Origin: Candidatus Multivoradales bacterium
Lineage (GTDB): Bacteria > Acidobacteriota > Thermoanaerobaculia > Multivoradales > J023
NCBI GenBank assembly: GCA_965248925.1
Contig: CBDFLE010000005.1
Location: forward strand, 2,293,354 to 2,357,353
DNA length: 64,000 nucleotides
Reading direction: 5' to 3'
Shown here: piece by piece, positions 1-9,900 of the stretch
Numbering within the stretch: the first letter of the stretch is position 1
Layout: every line of letters begins with the position of its first letter
The notes under the pieces: model-generated
Told to the model about the DNA's origin: nothing
What the model saw: only the letters and a program-made list of their open reading frames with translations
The model's database searches: none
Position numbers and translations under genes: made by a program

Positions 1-2381
1 AATCGTGAATCGTCCCAACTGGCAGCGTCGATCTCGAGAAAATCGGCGGCGGTTCCTTCGACCACTCGCTGGAACGGCTTGCCTCGCTGATCACCGAATA
101 CGCAACGCAGCGCCTCGTGCCTGCCGACCAGAGCGCTGAAAGCCTGTCCCAGAACCGCGCCGTCGATCGCGCCGATCCCTGCCGCGGCATGGGATATCAG
201 GTAAGCGCGGTTTCCGGGCTGCAGCTTCTCCAAGAACCACAACGCCTCCTGACCGTGGGTCAGGTCGAACGGCACGCCGACGGCAAATTCTTCGCATCCC
301 TCCCGGGCCAGGGCGCTCTCGAGAATCGCAGTCGGCGCCGGTTCGGGCGCCGTCAAGCCGGCAAGAACCTGCTCACACAGTTGGTCGACGGAACCCTCGC
401 CAAGCAGTAGATGGAGCGGAACCGCGACCCCAAATCGCGCTTCGAGCTGGTTGCTGAGTTCCACCGCTCGCAACGAGTCCAGGCCCCAGGCGACCAAGGG
501 GCCTGCCGCCGGCAGCTGGCTCGTCGGCACTGCCAGCACTCGGCCGACCAGAGCGCGAACCACGTTCGCTAGCCGAGTCAGGCGTTCTCCGGCGTGGAGA
601 GCTAACAGCTCGGCTCGATCCAGCATATCCACCAAGGGTTCTGGATCCGAGGCGCTCGCCGCAGCCGCGACGAGCAGCGGAAGCTCGCCGGCCAGGTAGG
701 CATCCCGGACGGCGGATCGCCGCAGCTTGCCGCTCGAGGTGCGCGGCATCTTGCCGGCGCCGATCAGTACTACTTCCTCGACTGAGACCTCCTGCTGCTC
801 GGCGATCGCTGCCCGAATCGCCGCCGTGACCTCGTCGTGCGCAGCCTTGCTCCGCCGATCGATCTCACAGACAATCACCGCCCCTTCGCGATCCTGATAG
901 TGCACCGAGAACGCCGCCGAACCATTCGGCCGCACCGCCGGATGGCCGTTCTCCGCCGCCTGTTCGAGATCCTGCGGATAGAGGTTGCGACCGCGGATAA
1001 TCAGTAGATCCTTGATCCGACCGCTGACGAAGAGCTCCCCAGCGACCAGAAAACCGAGGTCGCCGGACTTAAGAAACGGCCCACGATCGGGCTCATCGGT
1101 GAGCACCGCGCCGAAGATGGCCAGGGTCGACTCCGGCTGATTCCAATAGCCCGAGGCGACACTGGTGCCGCTGATCCAGATCTCGCCGACCCGGCCCGGC
1201 GGCTGCTCCCGACAGCTCTCTGGGTCGACGATCAGCACCTCTTGCCCATGCACCGCCGATCCACAGCCGACGAGGTGAGAAGCCCCTGCCGCGGCATCGC
1301 TGACGGTTCTCGCCCGGCCCTCGTGCTCATAGGTCTGGCGGTCTAGAGCCTCGACCACCGGAACCCCATCGGTAGAGGCAGTCACCAAGAGGGTGGATTC
1401 AGCAAGACCGTAGCAAGGGCAGAAAGCGGAACGCCTGAAGCCCCACGGCAAAAACATCTCGGCAAAACGCTCCAAGGTCTGTGCACGAACCGGCTCCGCA
1501 CCGTTGAAAGCGGTCTGCCAGGTCGACAGATCAAGGCCCTGAACCTGCTCCTCGGTCATCCGCTTGACGCAAAGCTCGTAAGCGAAGCTCGGCCCGCCAC
1601 TGGTGGTGGCGCCATACTTCGAGATCGCCTGCAGCCAATTCGCCGGCCGCTGCAAGAACGATATCGGCGACAGCAAGATGCAGTGGGCGCCGACAAACAG
1701 AGGCTGCAACATCCCGCCGATCAACCCCATGTCGTGGTAGAGCGGCAACCAGCTGACAATCACCGAGTTGTGGTCCTGGCGGAAGACGCGGCGAATCGCC
1801 TCTTCGTTGTGCGACAGGTTGGCGTGGGTCACCATCACACCCTTGGGCAGGGAGGTCGATCCGGAGGTGTATTGCAAGAACGCCAGCGTCTCGGGTAGCG
1901 GCTCAAGCGGCGACCAATCGCTAGCCGGCGGCTCGCCCAAGTCGTCGATCTCCAACCAGCGGCAGCTGGAGAAGGCCGGAATCACCGCCGCCAACTTGGC
2001 CAGACGGCGCCGCAGCTTGCGGGTCGTCAGAATCAACGTGGGATCGGCATCGGCACAGATCGCTTCGAGAGTCCGTGGTCGCCGGCCAAGGCGCGGAGGG
2101 TAGGCGGGCACCGCGACGACACCGGCGCTCAGACAGCCCAAGAAAGCGTGCAAGAACTCAAGACTCGGGGGGAAGAGCAGCACGGCGCGCTCGCCAGGAG
2201 CAGCGAGCTTGGAGATCGCAGCACCTGCCGCCAGCACACCTTGCTCCAGCTGCCGGTAGGTTTGCTCGGCCGCCACTAACTTGCCGTCGCGCAAGAAGGT
2301 GAAGGCGGTCCTGTCACCATGCTCCGCGGCTTGCTGCCGCAGTAGCTCGATGACGCTCTTTCCAAGGACGTGGGTGTTCAT
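1..2381 (-). CDS. NRPS starter module: fatty acyl-AMP ligase (FAAL) - ACP - condensation domain; truncated by the left window edge
   Basis: Manual minus-strand translation from ATG 2381 (MNTHVLGKSVIELLRQQA). FAAL motifs: LAFLQYTSGSTSLPKGVMVTHAN, SWLPLYHDMGLIG, AFNGAEPVR, CYGLAESTL. ACP motif WGLDSLRAVEL at ~460-490. C-domain start LTHGQEALWFLEKLQPGNRAY...RHEALR at ~100-260. Exact start codon uncertain. Confidence 0.92.
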   Translation of the reverse strand, partial: MNTHVLGKSVIELLRQQAAEHGDRTAFTFLRDGKLVAAEQTYRQLEQGVLAAGAAISKLAAPGERAVLLFPPSLEFLHAFLGCLSAGVVAVPAYPPRLGRRPRTLEAICADADPTLILTTRKLRRRLAKLAAVIPAFSSCRWLEIDDLGEPPASDWSPLEPLPETLAFLQYTSGSTSLPKGVMVTHANLSHNEEAIRRVFRQDHNSVIVSWLPLYHDMGLIGGMLQPLFVGAHCILLSPISFLQRPANWLQAISKYGATTSGGPSFAYELCVKRMTEEQVQGLDLSTWQTAFNGAEPVRAQTLERFAEMFLPWGFRRSAFCPCYGLAESTLLVTASTDGVPVVEALDRQTYEHEGRARTVSDAAAGASHLVGCGSAVHGQEVLIVDPESCREQPPGRVGEIWISGTSVASGYWNQPESTLAIFGAVLTDEPDRGPFLKSGDLGFLVAGELFVSGRIKDLLIIRGRNLYPQDLEQAAENGHPAVRPNGSAAFSVHYQDREGAVIVCEIDRRSKAAHDEVTAAIRAAIAEQQEVSVEEVVLIGAGKMPRTSSGKLRRSAVRDAYLAGELPLLVAAAASASDPEPLVDMLDRAELLALHAGERLTRLANVVRALVGRVLAVPTSQLPAAGPLVAWGLDSLRAVELSNQLEARFGVAVPLHLLLGEGSVDQLCEQVLAGLTAPEPAPTAILESALAREGCEEFAVGVPFDLTHGQEALWFLEKLQPGNRAYLISHAAAGIGAIDGAVLGQAFSALVGRHEALRCVFGDQRGKPFQRVVEGTAADFLEIDAASWDDSR

Positions 2382-2721
2382 CTCCAAAGCGCTGCCGGTG
2401 CGTAGCCCGGAGGCCACGGCATGGTCGAACCGTTTCAGCTAGTGGTAGGTAGCCGGACCAGGCGCCGGGGGCTCTCCGCGAGGCCAGCGGAGAAATCTCG
2501 ACGAATATGCCAACTACCCCTCTATAACGCAAAGAACTCTGGCAAAAAGAACAACTCAACTTAGACTAGTCTGCACACTCTAACGTCAATCAGCAGCGTA
2601 CCGCCGCAATCAGAAACACCTCTGCAAGAGCGTGATTTCTTTCCATGACCATGGACGCCCTTCGAGGTTTGGCGAGCTGCGAACGGTACGGGATAATGGC
2701 CGCCGTGAAGGAATCAAAACT

Positions 2722-5079
2722 GTGAAGGAATCGAAGATTGGCATCGCCCTGACCATTCTCGCGGTAGTCGGTTGTTTGATAAGCGCCCGTTCGCTAACCC
2801 CGCCACCGGTTCGTGCAGTTTCAGAAAGCATTGACCTATTCTCTGCCCACCGCGCCATGCGGCATCTCGATCGCTTGGCTATCGACCCTCGTGCCACTGG
2901 CTCCGAAGGGAACGAGCGGGCACGCCGGTACATCACCGAGCAGATCGAGTCAATGGGTTTGGCTGTCGAACTCCAGAACGGACTTTCAATTGATCGAAAC
3001 TCCTGGCTCGACGTCGCCAATGTGACCAACGTCTTGACCAGAATCGAAGGTAGCGATTCCCAAGCCGGGTGCCTTTTGATCGCCGCACACTACGACACTG
3101 TTCCGACCAGCCCAGGAGCCGCCGACAACGGCTCCGCGGTAGCGTCGGCGCTCGAAGTGGTACGAATTCTCACTCTGGGACCTAAACCTCGTAACGATTT
3201 GATATTCCTTTTCAGTGACGGCGAAGAACCTGGCCTGCGTGGCGCGCATATTTTCATGTCACAGCACCGCTGGGCCAAGGAAATTGACTTTGCTATCAAT
3301 TTTGAGGCAAGAGGCACTAACGGTCCGACCTTGATGTTCGAGAGTAGTCCGAAAAACTCTCGCCTGGCCGCTTTGCTAGCGCAATCCAGCGCCCATCCAA
3401 TAGCATTCTCATACGCGCCCGAGGTCTACAAGAGACTTGGCAACGACACCGATTTTTCCGTTTTTAGATCATTCGGTATCGAGGGCCTAAATTTCGCCTA
3501 CATCGGCGGCGCTGACAAGTATCACACCTCCCGCGACGACCCGAGTGAGCTTGATCCCCGGAGCCTTCAGCATCAAGGTGATCTACTCCTGAGCTTGAGT
3601 AGAGATCTGGGCAACCAAGACCTCTCTGACTTACAATCTGCCGCCGATGCGACGTTCTTCACACTGCCCCTTCTCGGACTTGTCGTCTATACCAACTCCA
3701 TCGGCTGGATCATGGCTCTGCTTGCGGTTTCACTGTTGCTGGGCAAGCTCGCGAGGGGGCTCCTCAGCCACACGATCAAGTTACTGAAAGTGCTTGCCGC
3801 GTCCGGTCTCTTGTTGATTTGTGTAGCGCTCTGCGGAGTGGCCGCGGACTTTTTGGCTCGCGCCCTAGGCCGCGATTTCAACCTCAGCCATGGTTGGTCG
3901 ACAACCTCGCTCTATCTGATCGCCTTGACCCTGGCCGTGTTCGCCCTGGCTGTTCTTTTCTATCGCTTGTGCGAGGGTAAATTCGGCGATGAGCTTCCAC
4001 TTGGCGGTCTCTTGCTGATAGCAGTCTTGGTGATTCTCATCGGCCGGTTGGCCCCGGGCGCCAGCTACCTTTTCGCTATTCCTCTCTTGCTGGCCTCGAT
4101 CACCGAGTTCTTTCGTAGCTCCTCCAGGAGGCAGGGAAATCCCCCGGTTGGGGAAATTCTACTGCTAGCGGCAACTCTGATCGCCGTGGTGCTGATCTGG
4201 ACACCGACGTTGGTACTGACGCGAGAAGCGCTGGGGAACAACGCCACCCCGATCATCGCTGGCGTGGTCTTTTTACTACTCTCGTGTCTGTTGGCTCCGC
4301 ACCTGCTCCTGCTGGTTCGGGGTTGGCGCCAAGGGATGCCCACGGTCATCGCGACCTTGCCGGTAGTCCTGCTCCTGGTGGGCATCGCCTACGCCGGCTC
4401 CGGTATCGACAGCGACGATCCAAAAGCCAACAGCGTCTTCTATGTCCGCGATGCAGACCTGGATTCGCAGCACTGGATGACTTTTGATCATCAGCTGGAC
4501 TCATGGACGGAGCAGTTCTTCGAAGTTCGCCCAGAGTCCACCCCAGCACCAGCGTTCTTGGGATTCACCAGCCAGATCCTGGCCGGCAGCGCTCCAGCCG
4601 TCGATCTGGGCCACGGCGTGGCAGAGATCTTCAGCGTCGAGCCAACCGCCACCGGCCGCCGGATCGAGCTCCGGCTACGCTGGCCATTTCGCGTTCATCG
4701 CGCATTGCTCTACTTCGATCTCGGCGACCGGGGCGTGGTCGAAGCGGTCGGCGGCCACCCTTTCGATCCAGCCGACGACGACGAGAATCCGCTCTTCGGC
4801 CAGAGAATGGCCTTTTACGGCCCGCCTGTGGAAGGCATCGAGCTGGCCCTTCACCTGAGCGGCGACCAGCCGCTGAAGCTCACCCTAGTCGCCCAACGCT
4901 ACGCCCTGCCCAACCTCGCCGATTTCTCCTATTCCCCTCGCCCCGCCGAGACTCGGCCCAGACAGAGCTGGGTCACTGATTCGACATTTATCAAGAACAC
5001 GATCCTGGTTGAACCCGCGACTGCACCCAACGCAGGTCGAGTCGACCGAGTACTTCTGGTCGGTCAGCCGCCGTTGTGA
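2722..5079 (+). CDS. Membrane-embedded M28-family metallopeptidase (ERMP1-like architecture)
   Basis: Motifs AHYDTVPTSPGAADNG, DGEEPGL, NFEARG, YHTSRDD. N-terminal hydrophobic helix, then multiple TM segments and a soluble C-terminal domain. GTG 2722 with upstream GAAGGA is preferred over the track start 2632. Confidence 0.88.
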   Translation: MKESKIGIALTILAVVGCLISARSLTPPPVRAVSESIDLFSAHRAMRHLDRLAIDPRATGSEGNERARRYITEQIESMGLAVELQNGLSIDRNSWLDVANVTNVLTRIEGSDSQAGCLLIAAHYDTVPTSPGAADNGSAVASALEVVRILTLGPKPRNDLIFLFSDGEEPGLRGAHIFMSQHRWAKEIDFAINFEARGTNGPTLMFESSPKNSRLAALLAQSSAHPIAFSYAPEVYKRLGNDTDFSVFRSFGIEGLNFAYIGGADKYHTSRDDPSELDPRSLQHQGDLLLSLSRDLGNQDLSDLQSAADATFFTLPLLGLVVYTNSIGWIMALLAVSLLLGKLARGLLSHTIKLLKVLAASGLLLICVALCGVAADFLARALGRDFNLSHGWSTTSLYLIALTLAVFALAVLFYRLCEGKFGDELPLGGLLLIAVLVILIGRLAPGASYLFAIPLLLASITEFFRSSSRRQGNPPVGEILLLAATLIAVVLIWTPTLVLTREALGNNATPIIAGVVFLLLSCLLAPHLLLLVRGWRQGMPTVIATLPVVLLLVGIAYAGSGIDSDDPKANSVFYVRDADLDSQHWMTFDHQLDSWTEQFFEVRPESTPAPAFLGFTSQILAGSAPAVDLGHGVAEIFSVEPTATGRRIELRLRWPFRVHRALLYFDLGDRGVVEAVGGHPFDPADDDENPLFGQRMAFYGPPVEGIELALHLSGDQPLKLTLVAQRYALPNLADFSYSPRPAETRPRQSWVTDSTFIKNTILVEPATAPNAGRVDRVLLVGQPPL

Positions 5080-5095
5080 AACCGAGAGGAATGCA

Positions 5096-6028
5096 ATGCC
5101 TGTGAAGCACCTTCTGAGCCTTGGAGATCTGAGCCCTGACGTAGTCCTCCACCTAGTGGACCGCGCGGTGGCTTTCTCCGCCTCCAAGCAACCTTCAAAG
5201 GTCCTGAAGGACAAGATCGTCGGCATCTACTTCAGCAAATCTTCGACCCGCACCAGGACCTCATTCGCCGTCGGAGCGATGAAGCTCGGTGCCGATACGA
5301 TCATTTACGGTGCTGGCGACTTGCAGCTCTGCACAGGCGAAACCCTCACCGACACCTCGCGAGTTTTGTCGGGCTACCTCGATGGACTGGTGGTCAGGAC
5401 CAACGGTCCGCAGGCCGAAATGGCGGCGCTCTGCCATGACCAGATGGCGGTCATCAACGCCATGAGCCAAGAGGAACACCCGACTCAAGCGATCGGTGAC
5501 TTGGGTACTTTGAAAGAGTGCTTTGGCCACCTCGATGGGCTGCGGGTGCTCTACCTCGGCGACGGCAACAACACCACCACCGCACTGGCCCGGGCCTGCT
5601 CGATAGTTCCTGGGATGGAGTTCCACATCGTCACCCCGGAAGGTCACGGCATCGACCCCAGCCTGCTGGCGCATTGTCACCACCGCGCCACCGCGAACGG
5701 CGGCAAGATCTCGCAGCAACACTCGATCAACGCGCTGCCCTCGGAAGTCGACGCGGTCTACACCACGCGCTGGCAGACGATGGGCGAAGGTAAGCCCGGC
5801 GACGACGGCTGGAAGGAGAAATTCCAACCCTATCGGGTCGACCAGGAGCTCATGGGGCGGGTTTCCAAAGCAGACGGGTCGACCATTTTCATGCATGACC
5901 TACCGGCCGTTCGCGGCGAGGACGTCACCGACGCGGTGCTTGACAGCAAGGCCAGCTGGGCCTGGCGGCAAGCCAACTTCAAGCTCTACAGCGCGATGGC
6001 CGTATTGGAGTGGTGCTTCGCCGGTTGA
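5096..6028 (+). CDS. Ornithine-carbamoyltransferase-fold carbamoyltransferase, probably diaminopropionate/diaminobutyrate type (VioL/ZmaT-like)
   Basis: Carbamoyl-phosphate motifs SSTRTRTSF and EHPTQAIGD. Substrate loops read TRWQTMG and HDLP instead of DxxxSMG and HCLP. ATG 5096 follows GAGGA. Confidence 0.85.
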   Translation: MPVKHLLSLGDLSPDVVLHLVDRAVAFSASKQPSKVLKDKIVGIYFSKSSTRTRTSFAVGAMKLGADTIIYGAGDLQLCTGETLTDTSRVLSGYLDGLVVRTNGPQAEMAALCHDQMAVINAMSQEEHPTQAIGDLGTLKECFGHLDGLRVLYLGDGNNTTTALARACSIVPGMEFHIVTPEGHGIDPSLLAHCHHRATANGGKISQQHSINALPSEVDAVYTTRWQTMGEGKPGDDGWKEKFQPYRVDQELMGRVSKADGSTIFMHDLPAVRGEDVTDAVLDSKASWAWRQANFKLYSAMAVLEWCFAG

Positions 6029-6536
6029 TCGGGCTGCCGAATTTGCGGCCCGTTGGAAGACTGGGGAGATAATTCTCTAGCTGCGTGGCAAGCGGACCCT
6101 AACTAGGCGACAATCCCGTCGAAGGTGTAGGGTTTTACCGGAGAAGGCAGAAAAAGGGGCACAGGGAGAGAACAACACCTTGCCGCTCACGATCTTCGCC
6201 ACGAGGTTCTGGCATGGCGATGAAATGGGGCGGCAACTCCGAAAATTCGGAGTAGGAGAGCATCGGTGGGGAGCGTGAAGATGCCCGTCCGACCTGGACC
6301 TTCGGCCGGGTGCAGCCTCGATACTTACAGGCCATTTGGCCAACTTCTGGCTCGCGATCCGCATTCCGAGGGAACGCGGCTGGTTGTGCTTGCGCTCGAG
6401 ACAGGCCACCAGGCTCGCGCCCCTGTTCGCTACCTTGCCCTCTTGGGCGACCACCACCGCCGCAACCTGATCGACCCCGATCAGCTGCCAATGCAAACTT
6501 ATCAGCCTACCCCAGGCTCCAAGGTTCCAAGGTGAC

Positions 6537-6956
6537 GTGATGAATCCTCTCGCCTGTCTACTCCCCAGCTTATGCGTCTGCCTCGTCTGGCTCGCCCAGC
6601 CGGCCGACGCCGCGACATCAACGGCGGCCGAGACGACCTTTCTTCCCGAGCTGACCGTGCTAGCCCTCGATCCAGCCGCCCAAGGCGCAGTAGTGAAGGT
6701 GGCAGACGGCGACTTGCTGTTGCTGGTCGCTGGCGATCTGCTGCCCGGTGAGGCGATCAAGGTGCGCCGCGTCCTGGCAGACCGGCTGGTGCTGAGTGAG
6801 CGCCTGCCCTCGGGCGTCCAGCGTCTCGCCTGGCTCTACCTGATCGACCCCGACAGTGGTCGCTCGCAGCTGCGTTACCTCGACCGACTACCCGCTGACA
6901 ACTCCCTCCAGCTGAGCCCGGCAACCCCGGATCTGGGCACGGAAGACCGCCGATGA
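6537..6956 (+). CDS. Small exported protein, PilP/GspC-HR-like beta domain
   Basis: Signal peptide (..LAQPADA). Pattern LTVLAL..AVVKVADG..LLVAGDLL..IKVRRVLADRLVLSE resembles PilP/GspC. Stop overlaps the next start (ATGA 6953-6956). Confidence 0.6.
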   Translation: MMNPLACLLPSLCVCLVWLAQPADAATSTAAETTFLPELTVLALDPAAQGAVVKVADGDLLLLVAGDLLPGEAIKVRRVLADRLVLSERLPSGVQRLAWLYLIDPDSGRSQLRYLDRLPADNSLQLSPATPDLGTEDRR

Positions 6957-9900
6957 AGACCTGCCGCAGATCGTCGCTAGCTCTCATTCTCGGGCTACCC
7001 CTGCTCTTGGCACTGCTGTGGATCGGGGCATCGCCAGTGGCGGCAGACTCGCTCTGGCTGAGCACCGATCCGCTTGCTACCAAGGATCCAGCAGCAGCGC
7101 CCAAGGCTGACCACGTCACCTTTCGCCAAGACCATGGTGTGGTGGCGGTGCTGGAGGTCGAAGGCAATTACGATCTGCGCATCGACGGTGTGCTCAACAG
7201 CGAGCTGCGGGCCGCGGTGGGCCAGGAATTCTTGGCTCACCATCCCGACATCTACGATTTCCTGGTTGTTTTTACTTCTTTCGAAGTGGATCTGGGCCCG
7301 CAAGTGCTGGGCAACCATCTCGGCTTGCGCAATTCGGTCGCCGGCATCGGCTTGCCACTGTTCGACAACAGCTCGCTGTTCGGCAGCAACAGCCGGTTAC
7401 AGGGCTACATCGACATGCGGTCGGTAACCCAAAATCCCACCCAACCGCTGGCTGCAGAATTCGAATCCACCCTCACCGTGCTCAGCCACGAACTAATGCA
7501 CCAATGGTGCTGCTATGTCGACTTTGAACTCGCCAATGGCTCGATCAGCGACTCGCTGCGAGCCGCCAACGGCCATTGGAGTTATCTGTTAGCTAGCGAC
7601 GCCTCGGTGATGTACGGCGGTGAATGGCAGGACCAGGGTGACGGCACCTTCAGCAACTTGCGACGCCAACGCGCCTACGGCCCGCTGGACCGCTATCTGG
7701 CCGGATGGCTGAGCACCGAGGAGGTGCCGGCGGCGCTGCTGATCGACAATCCAGCGATCGACCCGGCCACTCCGCCGCCAGCACCGGGGACGCTGCTCAG
7801 CGGCATCGCCTCGGCGATCGAAATCGCCGCTGTGGTCGCCGCCGAGGGCCCGCGCCTGCCAGCCACCGACCAGGCGCAGCGGGACTTCCGCATCGCTTTT
7901 CTGCTGCTGCTGCGACCGGGCGAGGCCGTCGCCAATCGAGACCTGGCCGGCCTCGAGCGTGTCGCCGCCGAGATCGCCACCCGCTTCACCGTGCTCAGTG
8001 GCGGTCAGGCGCTGGCCGACAGCGGGCCTTTGGCCGACTCCGAGGGCACGATTGGTACCCCAGGCGGCACTTTCGGTGGTGATCCACGACCCGCCCAGGA
8101 CCTGGACCTAGCGGCCGCGCTGACCTGGCTGCGCGGCCGCCAACAGCCTGCCGGCTATTGGCAAGACACCGCCGGTACGCGGGTGCGCGACACGGTGATC
8201 GCCCTGCGCACCTTGAATGCTCTCGATCCCACCTTCACCGGCGCTCCGCAGGCCCTTGTCTGGCTGGCACAACAAGAGCAGCCCAGCACCGACTCGGTGG
8301 CTCGCCTGGCCGCCGCCCTGAGCCTCGCCGGGCAGGACGTCAGCAACCTCCGCGAGCAGCTCGCCGGGCGCCAGAACGCCGGCGGCGGCTGGGGCATCGA
8401 AGCCAACGCGGCTAGCGATCCCCTCGACACCGCCCTGGCTTTAGTGGTCCTCGGCGGCGCCCTGGCCGAAGATCCGGCGGTCGGCTTTCTCGAAGCCAGC
8501 CAGCGGACTGATGGTGGTTGGGGACACGTTGCCGCAGGACCCAGTCGCACCACCACCACCACCACGGTACTCCGCGCTTTGCAGGCCGCCGATCGTCAGG
8601 GAGCTGCACTCGACGCCGCTTTGAGCTTTCTCGGCGGTCGTCAGAATGGCAACGACGGCGGCTTTGGCGATAGCCCGTCGACGGTGCACGACACCGCCCA
8701 GGTGATCTCCACTTTGAGCCGCCTGGAAGCCCTCGAGCACATCGACTCGGCGGCAGCCAAGGACTTTCTCGCCGGCCGTCAAACCGACGATGGCAGCTGG
8801 GACGGCAGCGTTTACGCCACCGCCTTGGCGGTCGACTCCCTGCGCCGCTTCGAAGTCCCGGACTGGAACTTCGCCCAGGGCCTGTCGGCGCAGCCGGCTT
8901 CCCCCCGCGATGGCCAGCGGGTACAGCTCGAAGTGAGCGTGCGTAACGCTAGCTCGGCGGCGGCGCCCGCCGCCACCTTGCGCTTCTACAACCACCCACC
9001 AGAGCAAGGGGGCATAGTGATCGGCGACGAAGTCCCGATCCCCGCCTTGCTCCTCGGTCAGAGCGCCACCCTGGGCACTACCTGGGACACTTTCGACCAG
9101 GCCGGGCCACGGCGACTGGTGGCGGTGATCGACCCTGACAATCTGGTCGCCGAAGCCGACGAATTGAACAATCGCAGCCAGCTCGATCTCACCGTCGAGC
9201 CACCCCCCGCCGGGATCGACCTGGAGATCGACGCCAGCGAAGTGATCGCCATGCCGGCGCACCCTACCCGTCTGCCTACTGCGGTCGAAATCGCCGCCGT
9301 AGTGCGCAACTTCGGCAGCAGCGACGCGGCAAACGTGGTCCTGCGCCTATTCCTCGGCGAGCCCGAGTTCGGCCAACTGCTCGACCAAATCGTGCTGCCC
9401 CAGGTCGCCGCCCGCAACAGCAGCAGCGGTCTCTTGACTTTCCAATTGAGCGATCCGGGCAGCTTCGAGCTGTGGGTCGAGGCGGCCCCGGAGGGCGATG
9501 TCGAGCCCAGCAACAACCGGGCGCTGGTGCGGGTGGAGACCGCCCCAGCCCTCGACCTGGAAATTCTGGCCAGCGACCTGCAAGTCTCCGCCGACCCTGC
9601 TGTGCTCGGTTCCGATGTCACCTTTACGGTGTTGGCGCACAACCGTGGCACGGTGGACTCGGTGAGTTTCGCCCTGGCTTTGTCGGTGAGCGACGGCACC
9701 GAGGTCCGCCAACTGCCGACCCTCAGCACCCAATTGGCCGCCGGCCAGACGGTCGAGCTGGAGATCCACTGGCGGGTCGATCTCACCGGCGCCTTGACCT
9801 TCACTGCCGCTGCCGACCCGGATGGGCTGCTGCCGGAGAACGACCGGGACAACAACCAGGCGAGCTTGGCTTTCACCGCCAGCGCATTGACCGAGCCCAA

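Noticed and set aside
91-2559. Short track ORFs in the first 2.5 kb
   Set aside because: They are shadows of the minus-strand FAAL-ACP-C gene, which the track missed because it runs off the edge.
5009-6028. Housekeeping argF call and the 5009 start
   Set aside because: The ornithine-binding motifs are altered and the context is an NRPS cluster. ATG 5096 has a ribosome-binding site and avoids the overlap with the peptidase.
6077-6760. ORFs 6266-6535 (+), 6077-6760 (-) and neighbours
   Set aside because: No recognisable motifs; more likely the promoter/leader region of the toxin operon. A small gene cannot be excluded.
8100-8850. Squalene-hopene cyclase or alpha-2-macroglobulin call
   Set aside because: Only the QW-type structural repeats are present; no DxDD or CxEQ motif was seen.
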